In this document: positions 1 through 11,468 of the stretch, in pieces
How positions within the stretch are numbered: position 1 is the stretch's first letter
Layout of the letters: each line of letters starts with the position of its first letter
Source of the DNA: Phoronis australis
Lineage: Eukaryota; Animalia; Phoronida
Length of the DNA: 47,901 bases
Reading direction: 5' to 3'
Assembly (NCBI GenBank): GCA_002633005.1
Contig: NMRA01000146.1
Span: 1-47,901, forward strand
Notes under the pieces: generated by a model
What the model was told of the DNA's origin: nothing
What the model saw: only the letters and a program-made list of their open reading frames with translations
Databases searched by the model: none
Position numbers and translations under genes: made by a program

Positions 1-345
1 CCTGGAATTTCTGAAGAACCTGAATTTCTTTCTTCATTGGTTTTGGATTGGCGTTACTTGATCTGTCAATATTTGGAAGTGGGATGTTGAATGTTCTGGC
101 TTTTGTGATAGCATTCAGTGCTGAGTCTACCAACATATGCCCCCTCTTTGCTCTATCCACACTTTTTCCATTTAACATAAGGATCACACTGTTTGATGCA
201 TACACCGTCTCAAGAACTCCTTGAAGCCCTGTGCTTGACATTACGTATCCAATACATTCCAGAAATCTCATCTCAGTATGAAATCTTCCAAGCCTGGCTA
301 AGAACAAGTGACTGCAGATCACTGTCGTTTTGTTTGCAGGCACTA
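1..345 (-). pseudogene. Academ-type transposase fragment, frameshifted
   Basis: My translation is SDLQSLVL-(4-nt insertion)-RLGRFHTEMRFLECIGYVMSSTGLQGVLETVYASNSVILMLNGKSVDRAKRGHMLVDSALNA. This fits the RLGGFHxxMSFLGxIG...YAxNSVxxMLxGKxxxRAxRGH motif. It is absent from the ORF track because the frame is open to the window edge. Confidence 0.75.
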
Positions 346-1442
346 GTTTCCTCTAAAATCAGTTACCTATGTTCATAAAAAGCATGCATATTATAAACAA
401 ATTGTGGGTCCTAACTATTAAAATTTAATTGATAACTTTTTGTTACACAATCCTATTTGCTTTTTATCAAATTCAGGTGAAATCAGCAGGCAAATTCTCA
501 ATACATGCCAGCAGCAGACGAAATCAATGCTTAGGAGCAACTAATACTATCTCCAATAGCAGAGAAAAAATCCACTTCCTGCCCAATTTTATTAAGGGTT
601 TGTATAATGAATAAGCCAATAACTCCACCAGAATAACATATTTTTCTAACAAATATTTTTTTTGAATATATTTTACAGAAAAATATATGAGTTTGTGAAA
701 TATATTATGAAAAATTAACTAAAGCCTTTTCTGAAAAACACACCGACTTTTATGTTATATAATCTAAAATGTGATTAAAATTCCCCATTTAGTATATTAA
801 TCTTAAAAATAAATTATAGTAACAATCAACTCATTAACCCTGACTGTAGATTGTAAAATGTTTTTGTGTAAATGCGTATCAGGTTACAAACAAAGTTTGC
901 AGAACGTAAATGCGGTAAATTGGGGTTTGTGAATTGGCAGCCATTTTGGCGGCCATTTTGTCAGCCATCTTGATTTTTTTCTCGCAAACCAGTGACCAAT
1001 TGTAAGGTCCAGACATTTTCAATCGTCTAACTTACAAAAGAATAAAACTTTTACCATTTTCAGGGCAAAATATAAAAAGAAATCTTGCAACATGTACCAA
1101 ATTGCCGTTTCGGCGGCCATTTTGTCGGCCATATTGGTTTTATTTTACGGAAAATTGGCATCTTTTGATTAGTATGCCTGTTATGAAAAGTATGTAATCA
1201 ATGACAAACTTTATTGTTTTATTTTTAGCTGTTATATAAGAGGAATATGCCAGAAAACAGTAAACACCGGTTTTGTCGGCCATTTTTTCCGCCATCTTGA
1301 AAAACCGACTTCCGCCACTCCGATTTCGGTAGACTTTTTTTCTGACACCAAGGGATGTTTGAAGATGCCATTTATGCAAAAAAATCTTCTGTTGCAATTT
1401 TTTCTAGGTTGGGCCCTCTGGAGCCCTAGAATGACTGGACTA
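1..1442 (-). mobile_element. Academ-superfamily DNA transposon, one terminus plus decayed transposase (runs off the left edge)
   Basis: The terminus read on the minus strand is TAGTCCAGTCATTC (1442 downward), a 5'-TAG end typical of Academ. The subterminal region has repeated GCCATTTT/GCCATCTT motifs, and an Academ-type transposase fragment lies at 1-345. Confidence 0.7.
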
Positions 1443-2263
1443 NATTTAGCAGAACCACGTTGGAACCGAACCACCGCGTGGATATTTGTGTACTATTTAT
1501 CCAAGGTCAAAGTTTACAGGGCGGTCACTCCCCTGTAAGGTATACAGCAGCTTCGTATGCACTCTCTCTCCTTTCATTCACCGAGTCGCCATAATAGAGT
1601 CAAGGAGTACTTATGACAGAATGGTGCCGGTGAAAACAAAGACAAAACATAGTTTTGATCCTAAGGGAGTTGAGCGTCCACGTGCATACGACGGTTGAGT
1701 ACGAATACTACAAGTCGCCTCACGCCTCTGTGGTCATAAACACAACAAGTTGTGAAATGAGATAAATCCTCACCCGAATTCCTTAATCCAATAAGTAAAT
1801 TGACATTTCACTGTTTCAATCTCACGCTAACGACATGCTTTAACCGCCGACTCGATTTTTATTATCCTTTTCTTACTTGGTTTCGTATCAGTCTCCCGGC
1901 TCGAGATGCGTACATAACAATGAACTGTTACCTACTTTAACAGTTAGCCTCACCTCGGGGCGATGGATGGTAAGTTTTAATGATAATTATTTTGGCAATG
2001 CAAATTCAGCTGACATTGCGATTGAAAGTTGAAATACCTAACATGGTTAAGGCATGTATAGGTTATATTTACCGAAAACTTGTTTTCACTGAATAATTAA
2101 CCAAAGACTTTAAGATTTTCACTCATCCCAGTTCAATAGGCTTTTATACATACCGTATGAAAATAAAGCATTTAAAGGTACTAAGGTAAAACTTTCTTGA
2201 GATAAACAATGTTAAACAGAAAGTGCAGGAGTGGTGTTTCGGTCCCCAGGGTTCCTGCTTTAA

Positions 2264-3010
2264 AGGTCGGTATTTGTGTCTTTCGGGCTGCTTAGCTGTT
2301 TTGAAGTTGCGGGAGTCTGTTTCGACTATGGGATATCTGTTTTACACAGAGGCTCCAATTTCAATGAAACACCTTAATATATGATGCAACCAAGTCCTAC
2401 ATTAAAGCATGACTAGACTCATTTTCGCACGCCTGAGAAAAAGGCAAATTTATCATTTCTGCCAATCCCACTCCACGCTAATTGGTCATCTTTCGAAAAG
2501 CATTTCACGGGACATTCTGTTCAGCTTGTGGTAATTGTATTGCCATTTGAAGCAACATAGTAAAGAATATGTCTGTTTTTAGCACGTATAAGTTGCCACC
2601 ATAATCGCTTCTGCTTTCACAAATATAAGAAACAAAAAGCAATGGGCCGACATGTATTTGTAGTAACACCAAATTATTTTGAGGGACTTCAACTACGATG
2701 CTTCTGTCGTTTCTCAAATGCATTGAGGAAGGTTGCCAACATCCAGTGACACTGTGGATATCTTGCCTACTGTAGAGACATTTCTCACATAGGTCAACCA
2801 TAGAGTGGGTTATCTCACTAATATCACAAAAACTAGTTCACTTCCCATTTACTAGAGTTCTTTATCTTACCAAGACGTTCTACATGCAACCAGATGCGGT
2901 ATATTCAGACAAAAAAGCATTTCATTGTCTGATAATATCGGGCTTCAAAAGCTACGCCAAACGATCATTTCTGGCTTGGGTAACGACACGTCTTCACAAA
3001 TAGTGTCCCT
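2264..3010. mobile_element. old Kolobok-like non-autonomous element (tentative)
   Basis: TTAA|AGGTCGGTATTTGTG on the left and CACAAATAGTGTCCCT|ATAA on the right: an imperfect TIR with a degenerate TTAA. Confidence 0.3.
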
Positions 3011-3111
3011 ATAACAGACTTGTTTCAGTGGACTCACGAAATGTCATAGATTTACATCTTATTTGGCAGTTCTAGTCGAGCCTACTACGGGATGAGATGA
3101 TTTGACACCTG

Positions 3112-3512
3112 GGCCCGGTCTCCAATCTTTTTACTCGAAATAGAACTCCAAATTAGGTTAGGCATTTTCTACTCTACTTTTGGGCGAACTCAAGATAAGT
3201 GTCTATTATCCTATGCTCGAGTATACAATAACTTACGTAGATAATTTATTGCCCTTAGTTCACAGTTTGTAAACCCAATATTAAAGCAATAAGTTCGAGT
3301 TTGAACTCGAAATTTCGAGTTTTTACTCGAGTTTGTAGCACGAATATAAGGGTCTTCAAGGGCAAACTTGAACTAGAAACTCCTATGCATAAACTATAAT
3401 GTATTCGAGCACAGTCTGATAACCAATTATCTTAAGTTCGCACAAAAGGAGCAGAGAAATTGCCAAACATAGTTTCGAGTTCGTTTCGAGTATAAAGATT
3501 AGAAACCGGGCC
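3112..3512. mobile_element. PIF/Harbinger MITE, 401 bp
   Basis: TIRs GGCCCGGTCTCCAATCTTT / AAAGATTAGAAACCGGGCC. 3-bp CTG target-site duplication at 3109-3111 and 3513-3515. Internal ACTCGA/TCGAGT repeats. Confidence 0.8.
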
Positions 3513-3896
3513 CTGGTGACTGAGAACGCGCAGTTAATGAATGACCTGTCTCGTGAACCTAGTATGCGTATTGCCATTGCGATTTTCAGTGTAAGTGAGC
3601 GATATGCCTTAACTAGAGGTGGTGTACACGCAAAGTGTGCTCTTATATGGGCATCAATGGCACTTCTAACCAAACATTCAGAGACCGATTCCCAGGTAGT
3701 TATATTAAAGTCATTTCAAGGTAATTTAAATATAGCATTAGCATAACGGAGATCAGTATTTCTGTGTGGATTTCGGTTTAAGAGCTAGTGTGTATAAAAC
3801 AATATTCTATGCCAATCTTAAATTACAATACAAACTACACGACTTCACTTCACTGTTACAATTCAATACCTTGTTGCTCAAGAATATGTAGCTTAC

Positions 3897-4046
3897 TTTG
3901 GAAGCATGTTGTACAGCAGATCTTCAGCTTTCTTTTTCTGTTCAAGATAGTCGGCTGTTCTTTCTTCCACTAGTGCCTCTAGATTGTTAGCATACTGTTC
4001 CATACGAGACAGAAGGTTATCCAAAATGTTTCCGCTATCCCCTTCC
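3897..4046 (-). CDS. receptor guanylyl cyclase (NPR1/NPR2-like), internal exon: hinge/dimerisation helix
   Basis: Encodes (K)[49 protein letters not shown](K), the hallmark membrane-GC signalling helix. Acceptor tttgttccag|G, donor AA|gtaagc, 150 bp, phase 2-2. Joins in frame to the exon at 12173-12341. Confidence 0.96.
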
Positions 4047-5074
4047 CTGGAACAAAGGTTCAGTGCGTAACCATCAGAAGGTAATTCCATCAAAACTACA
4101 TCTTTTATGTTAATGCAGATGCACGTTTTTAATTAGTTTCGGTTCAGATACAATTTTTAAAATTAAAAAAATTCATTTCCACGAACCTTAGCTGTCAGAA
4201 ACAAAAACAAATGGAATTAACCCACATCACCTCTGCTGTCTGCTACATTCCGCCAAATGAAAAGTAGGTCACAACTGATGGGATTCCCCGAATAAAGTAG
4301 GTCGAGTTGCTAGCACTGTTTATACTTTTCTAATCTTCGAGCGAAATATTTTGATTGAAACAAAAAAAGGTTCAAATACATTTTTGTTTAACCTTCGAAT
4401 AATCCAGCAACATCGCCAAGTTCAGCTGCTCGTGTGGCCGGCCAAACAGTTTCATCCATCGTTTACACAGTCAGCACATCACTTTTCGGCTTAGGAAATG
4501 CCCAAAAAGTGACGGAACATTCTTCTCGAGCGGTATAACGGTTGTCAGAATTACACACGCCATATCAACACAGTTTCACAATTCTTATCGCAATTTCTTG
4601 AGCTATAGACTAAAATAAGCTTTACCGACAATGTATTGTTTGTCGGGTAAGATGGCGGCTTGGAAATGCAGAGGAAGGTGTGTCAAGAATGCTACGTTCT
4701 GATTGGTCAGTTAAGTCATTGGTAATAATCCTAGCGATATGACAATTGCATCACAGACATGCTTAAGTTCATGAAACAAGATTGCAGAACCAATTAAATG
4801 GACATTCCGCTCACTTCACAAATACTTCTGACTAAGAATGACACGTGTAGAGAACCATTTTTCCAATGTCACGAAAAGTCCCACAAATTTTGTTGTGAGA
4901 GGACAAATAACTTAGAATACATGTACTACTGTAGCTGTGCAAAGAAAATCTTTGACCAAAGCGGATTAGTGTCTACTTTGGAAATCATCAGTAAGAATGC
5001 TTCGTCCTAGCACAGTAAGTGCTGGCCCCAATTGCCGCAACGTCCCAAACTGTCACAACTTCAGAACAGTTGAC

Positions 5075-5625
5075 CATGGCGTGAATAACATGCTTACACG
5101 GAAGTCAAGCATTTCTAAAGATATGCGTGACTTTTCACCGCTCGTCCTTCGGAGCGGCCTTTACCAGGATCAAAGAGGGTGCGGCGCCAGAGTCGGACTC
5201 ACTTGCCCTGACCGCATTGTCGGGTGCGAGCAAGACCCAATCAAGTGTAATTACCCGACCATACATGTACACTGTAGTAAACACATCTCTGCCTGGCGAA
5301 TTTTCAAAATGCATTAACCAACAGTTTTCGTTAAAAACAAATACCACAGCTGTATACATATGGAAAAAACAACCAAGTTTAGTTTTCAATTTTTAAAATA
5401 TCGATTAACTATCAAGCTAAAAACTACAAACTTTGAGTACGATTGAAGACAAACGACTGTGCGCATTGATATACTCGGTGATTTACAAACGCTAATCAGA
5501 GTTAACAATATCATGTGGATTATTCTTTTAATATACAACTAAGCTACATTGAAACATCTATGAACAACACACAGTGACTAAATTAGATGTCAATAATTTT
5601 TAAAACATCGCTTATGGCCCAGTGC
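5075..5625 (+). repeat. dispersed repeat, copy 1 (probable DNA-transposon end ...GGCCCAGTG)
   Basis: Colinear, diverged match to 41470-41987 (shared TTTTCACCGCT.GTCCT...GAGCGGC.TTTACC.GGATCAAA and GTGTAATTACCCG). Confidence 0.75.
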
Positions 5626-7317
5626 TTGCTGAACTTCTTTACTCCAGGAGTAGTACACTAACCAGAAAACTACTATTCGCGGAAATGCGCCAATTTCCAT
5701 AGTTAGCTTGTAATTGTAATGGAATACCTGTGAAGACAACTAAGATGGCTAGCTTTGTAGTTAACGAGAGAGCGCAAGCACTGGATGGGGTTGGTCAGTG
5801 GGCAAGAGCTGTGATTTCATTTTTTGACGACTGAGGAAAAGCTAGAATAGTTATGTAGTTACAGCAACCAAAATTGTCCAGAGGTTCCAAATCTTCAGTT
5901 TGGCTATCACCATATTTGCACACGTTTTATCATTTTAGTTCTAATAAAGATTGAACTTGAACTAATGGCACGTGGAGTTTCGTTTGCTGTGGCATGTAAG
6001 GTGTAGCTCAGGGATATACCTTAGCCACTCGCCCAGTCGCCAATGCGAGTAAAAATGGCGAGTACAAATTGTCTTTCCGGTTGCCCAGGTGGCGAGCGAA
6101 TTTTCAGAGCGCAAAAGCACTCCATCGTTTCCCAGATTTACATATTAAATAAATTTTCTCCTCTCTGTGCTGTTTTATCATGAAAACAAAGGTTCAGTTT
6201 GGTCAGCACGTCGATGCTACGGCAGCAAAACACATTGGCGCCGTGCGCTCCTACCGATTCAGCAGATGTCACGCCTCAAGCAATCCGTCTAGACAAGAGA
6301 ACACCGTGGTTGGTCGTGCACAAAGGAATTTGTGGACTAGCCCGAAACGAAGAAAAAGGGGGAAAGGTGGAAGACTGGTCCATGTGTTTACAGCAAGTGA
6401 AATTGGGAATCTAAAAACAGGGGCTGGGCGGTTAAAATTTTTGAAAAGTCTTGATTTGTTACTTACAGCACGGAGGACCGTGTTTACCCTCACGGAGCTA
6501 CACTGACGTCGGACTTCAAGCATATCAGTTAAAAGATAGGTTGGGGGAATGAAGTAACGGACTTCCAACGACCTGTAATGCACGATACAGTGGCGTCGTG
6601 ATCCCGAGAGTGATTGGGTTTTTACGTACCTCGGCAGCTGTTCGTCATTTCTTAGAACTAACGTAGTCCTACAGGTAGGCGTGCGCTCAATAGGGCAAGT
6701 TTCTTGAAAGAAAAGACAGATCAAGCAAGATTCCCACCCCGGCTAACCCGCCATCGAGAACGCCCGGAAGGCGATGGAGCACGAGACCTTGCATCAAAAA
6801 TGGCAGACGACAATCACGTACCCGATGAGTTTAAAGGAGCATGCCACCCAAAAAACAACCTAATTTGTATCAATTTAGATCGAGTAGTTCTACTCCATAA
6901 CGACACGTACGGTTGCGTTACCTGACACCTGACGGCAGACAGATGTGTTGAAATTATCCAATGACGTCATCGGTTTCACACGCAGTTTGTTCAGTAGTTC
7001 ACAACACGGGTTACTGGTGTCATCTTATAGCTTGAAGTCATCGTTTAACACCAATAAATCATCAAACTTCGATGTAAAACCCTTAAAAATACACCGAGTT
7101 TTTATAAAAATGTGTTGTTTTATTTTGCTGTTTACGGATTCATTGGTATTTGGACACACCGTAGCACACAACGTTCGGCAGGCCAATAAGTTCCGTAGCA
7201 GGAGTTTGAGGTCTGTTCGGAGATAATTTCGAAGTATTTTCCGTGAAATACGGACAAGAGAACCTAGATCTGTGTTGTTTAGACTTGTGATTTTTTGATT
7301 TCTAAACACAAAACGCT

Positions 7318-7415
7318 TGTTATCCTGGCCAGTGGCTCTGAGCCCGATCAGGCCCGTCGCGCCCGGCCGGATTGCCTCGTTATCCCGGCCAGTGGCTCAG
7401 AAACTGATCAGACGT
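7318..7415 (+). repeat. imperfect tandem duplication, about 60-bp unit
   Basis: GTTATCC(T/C)GGCCAGTGGCTC(T/A)GA...GATCAG occurs twice, at about 7319 and 7378. Confidence 0.7.
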
Positions 7416-7943
7416 CACGAACATAAACCAGCCAAAGTTCAGTGGAAACTAAGACTTCCAGTCAAGAAAAAACTACACTACTGAACCAAAGTAATGTGCA
7501 CCTGATTATGTTGGTGAATTAGTCACGAAACTGCAAATCTCTTAACTCGTCGGGGGCCGCGAATTCAGGCTCCGCTTTGGCCCCAGCTCCGTCGGGGCAG
7601 AAGTTGTACATTGACAATCATTATTTGAGTAATGTAAAAGGAAATAAAGATTCCCCTAACACCTGGCCGTGGGATGGATATCGAGTTGATTCACAATAGT
7701 TTCTTCCAGGAAACACTAAATTAGCATGAGCTCACACGGCCTCGGTGTCCCGTCAATTAGTTTTATTGTGCCAAAAGCCGGTAACGGTTCATTGCTGGCT
7801 TCTCAAATCATTTGCACCCAAGAACACTCAAAGGCATTACAAATTGCATCTAATGAGACAGACTTTGTTTCAGTTTTACATAAGTATTGGTTAGGGTGAG
7901 AATAATTCATTTTGAAACAGAACGCTCAGTAATAAACGTCAAC

Positions 7944-8100
7944 ATGGCAACTCGCAATCCCCGGACTTAGGACGAGCTAGAGGTCATCAGTCCCTCTATC
8001 GCAGGTGGATCGTTAAGTTTTATAGGCTATCAATTCGAACATGAATACATTGATGAAGAAATACTAGAGAGGCGCCGTGAACAAGCTCAGACAACGGAAG
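7944..8100 (+). pseudogene. first-exon relic resembling the N-terminus of the P2X7-tail-like second protein of KolobokP elements
   Basis: MATRNPRT*DELEV...IGYQFEHEYIDEEILERRREQ, ending at G|gtatgg. The YQFE.EY..EE motif resembles the YxFEP-acidic start of these proteins. One in-frame stop. Confidence 0.4.
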
Positions 8101-8108
8101 GTATGGAG

Positions 8109-8360
8109 TTATTTGATAAGCCGGCATTCGTCAGGCACTGTCGACGTCTGTACGCCACAGACACGGAGATGCTTCACGGTCTCATACTTGCTATTTACGG
8201 CGTACATTTCATTCTTCACTACCATGAGCCACTTCCTAAGCATTTCGGACTTTCGAGGAAGTAAAAAAACGACATACCCGCTTTTCTCGCAGCTGCTTAG
8301 TTCGGACAAGCGGGAACCATGCACCGCAACATAGCGGCACTCACTCTGCATATGAACCAC
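8109..8360 (-). pseudogene. degenerate THAP zinc-finger (transposase N-terminus)
   Basis: ...VAVHG...GYVVFLLPRKSEMLRKWLMVV...LRVCG shows the THAP F-x-x-P...W...VC pattern, truncated before the His ligand. Confidence 0.7.
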
Positions 8361-9000
8361 TGACGTCGCTAGCGTCGTTTCTCACCTTCCTCACAGGTTA
8401 ACGCGACACCTCTTGGCAAGGTAAGGTCGATCGTATGCGAGGCGATGTGGATATAGACCGATTAATACGGCAAAAGACTAATTAAATCGGGTGGCATTCT
8501 CCTTTAAGTGTCATTTTCTGCTTAAATAGAGACCACTTTGGTACGAATGTTACACACAGAAAAACGTCAGGTTGTAACCTTTGTTGTGGATCTGAAATAA
8601 TACTTGGCTTTTGCTTATTTTTTTTTAAATAAAGAGCTCAGAAAGCAATGGCTTTCGGTAAAATGCCTTGCGCCTCGTAAAATCGACAATTTCTACCTGT
8701 TATTAGCAATTCCAGGGTTCTTAAGAAGAGACGTGTGACGTATATAGTTTAATCGTCCCTGGTGACACCTTTGTTAGTTATGATTTGTGAAACAATTTGT
8801 GAGATATTTACCAATACAAGCAGGTTCTTGTGTGAGACGGCGATTGGGAACGATCTCGTTAATTCTCTATGGCGATCGTGAACGCAAAAAGGCGATCGTG
8901 AACGTAAATTTTTTATGTATTGGCCTGAATAGTCGTTCAAGTCAGGGTGTTTACGTCCACGCCTTCAAAAAGAGTAGTACAACTGCTGCATGTCACAACA

Positions 9001-9031
<31 letters not shown>
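9001..9031 (+). repeat. (GT)n microsatellite
   Basis: Seen directly; ends at an N. Confidence 0.95.
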
Positions 9032-9164
9032 NGGCAATAAAATACAGTGACACTACAACAAAGCAAGACCTTTACCAGCCCTATGATTGACGCGTTGCAT
9101 GCGTCAAGTTTTTTATCAATATAGTAAAACACAGCATGAAGCATCGTGCTCGGGAACCAAGTCG

Positions 9165-9323
9165 ATTCAGTATCCTATATGTTTTCAACGTTTCACGGAA
9201 AGAGTAAGCCTGATGCGACACTGCGTCACAGCACGAGGACACTCCCTTTTTGGTGAATGTGGCTTGTCAAGCAAACAGTATGCCTCCTTCTACAGGCATA
9301 GCAAGCAGAAACGTCATGAATGA
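9165..9323 (+). pseudogene. decayed tandem C2H2 zinc-finger pair, probably a transposase N-terminus
   Basis: QYPICFQRFTERVSLMRHC..RG..LFGECGLSSKQYASFYRHSKQKRH shows two finger spacings, each missing its first Cys. Confidence 0.45.
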
Positions 9324-10943
9324 AATCATTAAGTCCAGTGCTGAAGGTTACGTGAAAACAGACGTGATAGATTTCCATTTTAACGTGTAATAGATTTCCA
9401 GAAGACATATGATAGGAAGTAAACAAATAATCTAATGCAATGGATATTTGTCATGTACCCTTTGCCATTGGGCTTGGATTGTAATCTTAACTCATTAACC
9501 TGTATCGAGTTGACAGCATAAACATTCAGCATTGATTGATGTAACTGTCACTGTTACAAATCTTTCCAAACAATAACAATGCTTTGACGTACGAAAAGAT
9601 CCCGATTACTACGTCAAGTATCGTATCACATATCACAACAAACAAAGATTAACCCGACTGGCGACTGCCGCGAAGTCGACATCGGCGAGTACCTCAGTTA
9701 ACAGACATCGGTAGAATAATTATGGAATAATCGTTAAAATAATCACAAACCTAACCTTTGTATAAGGTCGTGCTTACGTCCTCTCATAGAAGCACCCTTT
9801 TCACGTAATCTCAGATTCAGTTGGCACGGCTGCAAGCCATTTCACCATGTATTTAAAGGGCTCGCGAAATCGAGGCTGTTAATCTATCACCACTAGTACA
9901 CGCGCGCCCTCTAGTTATTGTAGATTTTCTGAATAGCCCCATTGCGAGGTTTTACCGTAAAACAAAACATGTTTATACAGGCCGCCTTTATCCTATACAT
10001 TTTTGGGGAGCAAAATGAAATGTCCATTAATAATGTTAACCCCTGTTGTTATTAATGAGTTCTAACTTGGGTGTTTTTATATTGTATCACATCTTCACGG
10101 TAAAATGTTCCCTCACCGTGGCTAAAATATTCCACTAACACAACTTACATTGTTGCGACAAATTGGGCCGTTGTGCAAATTTGGGCTTGTTCTATAGTAG
10201 GCCTACATGCCCAAATTGTAATAAAAATTGTTGGGCCAGTTGGGGCCTATTGCACCAGCAACCCTTACTAAAATTGCTACAATATTGAAGTTGTGATAAT
10301 TTGGAACGTTAAGACAATTTGAGCCTGCACAGCGCACCCTAGCAATCACCTTCGGTTCATGTCAAAGGTCTCGGAGAAGTACGTATACGTCTGCACAAGG
10401 GCACTGCGAGACCGAATTGCTAGTCGAGGTCAAATGAACAATGCATGTAACGTCCAGTTTGCGGCCGACCGAGACATGTAAAATCAATAGCGGATTTGCA
10501 GCGCAAACGAAGTACGCATTGCGCATGTGCGAGTTACTTCCTGCGCGAAGGCTCATGGGATAGCTTGTGGTCAGGCATCATCTTGAGCAGGCTGAATAGT
10601 GTATGCATTTGGAGTGATTTGCAAACTAAAAACTATATTTCATTTTTTGCTTAATTATACCAAGCAAGTCCCCTCTCTCGTTTGTAAACACAGCGTAGCT
10701 ATGATCAGTGACCGTTTGACCAAGGGCACGACTGTCGTCATGTTCAGTATTGGGGCTATCGGCGTTGATTTCGAAATCTCCTCCGGTTTCAGACAAGTTG
10801 ACAGTTCTTTGGTTGCTTAACTTTTGTAGCTTTCGCCGTGGATATGCTAGAGACGTTAATTTTAAGAAGAAACTCCGTCGGAATGTTGTTCTCATACGTC
10901 TTTTTTCCACCAGGAAAATGTTCGCTGCAGACACCATGGCCCC

Positions 10944-11468
10944 TAGGCAATTACATCGCACTGGATGCCGCAGGCATTCAGGGGTGATAGTACATCCTCA
11001 CAAAAAGTTACTCATTTCAAAATACAGCAAATAAAATCAAATGAGCCATATATATAGGAACACGGAGTTATAATTAACACATACCACGACTCTGGATACA
11101 AATTAGTCAGCAAAACTTGAACAAATCGATGAAAATCTGTCGTGGTTTGCTCGAGTTTCTCTTAGTTACTGTGTGCCATTTTGAGGAAGTTACGTGAAAT
11201 TACGCATGTTGACGAATAAAAAGTCCAAGGGACTCATATCTTACAAATTTCACCCGATACCTTCTCAGGCTATTTTACAAGTGTCGCGCGCCAGCGTCGC
11301 GCGCCAGCGTCGCGCGCCAGCGTCGCGCGCCAGCGTCGCGCGCCAGCGTCGCGCGCCAGCGTCGCGCGCCAGCGTCGCGCGCCAGCGTCGCGCGCCAGCG
11401 TCGCGCGCCAGCGTCGCGCGCCAGCGTCGCGCGCCAGCGTAACCGAGGGGCTACGTGTTGCCTACTAG
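10944..11468. mobile_element. about 525-bp insertion with 8-bp target-site duplication (hAT/P-like MITE, family uncertain)
   Basis: ATGGCCCC at 10936-10943 and 11469-11476. Short inverted ends TAGGCAA / TTGCCTA, with an extra CTAG on the right. Confidence 0.7.
11283..11440 (+). repeat. perfect 13-bp CpG-rich minisatellite (GTCGCGCGCCAGC)x12
   Basis: Twelve identical units; accounts for the spurious repetitive ORF 11194-11442. Confidence 0.97.

Larger units (their letters stand above)
6835..8503. mobile_element. Kolobok-superfamily internal-deletion element, 1669 bp
   Basis: TTAA|AGGAGCATGCCACCC ... GGGTGGCATTCTCCT|TTAA: TIR with one mismatch and a TTAA duplication. Carries a THAP relic on the minus strand and a convergent second ORF start. 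Confidence 0.85.

Noticed and set aside
2800-2845. FCDISEIT on the minus strand, resembling cyclase FSDIVGFT
   Set aside because: A stop lies immediately upstream, there is no splice context, and it falls inside a putative TE.
6007-6830. CAGGG-starting GC-richer block with 108- and 151-aa ORFs
   Set aside because: No recognisable domain and no partner terminus; probably a TE fragment, but I cannot support a call.
11194-11442. ORF with RASVARQRRAPAS repeats
   Set aside because: It is only the translation of the 13-bp minisatellite.
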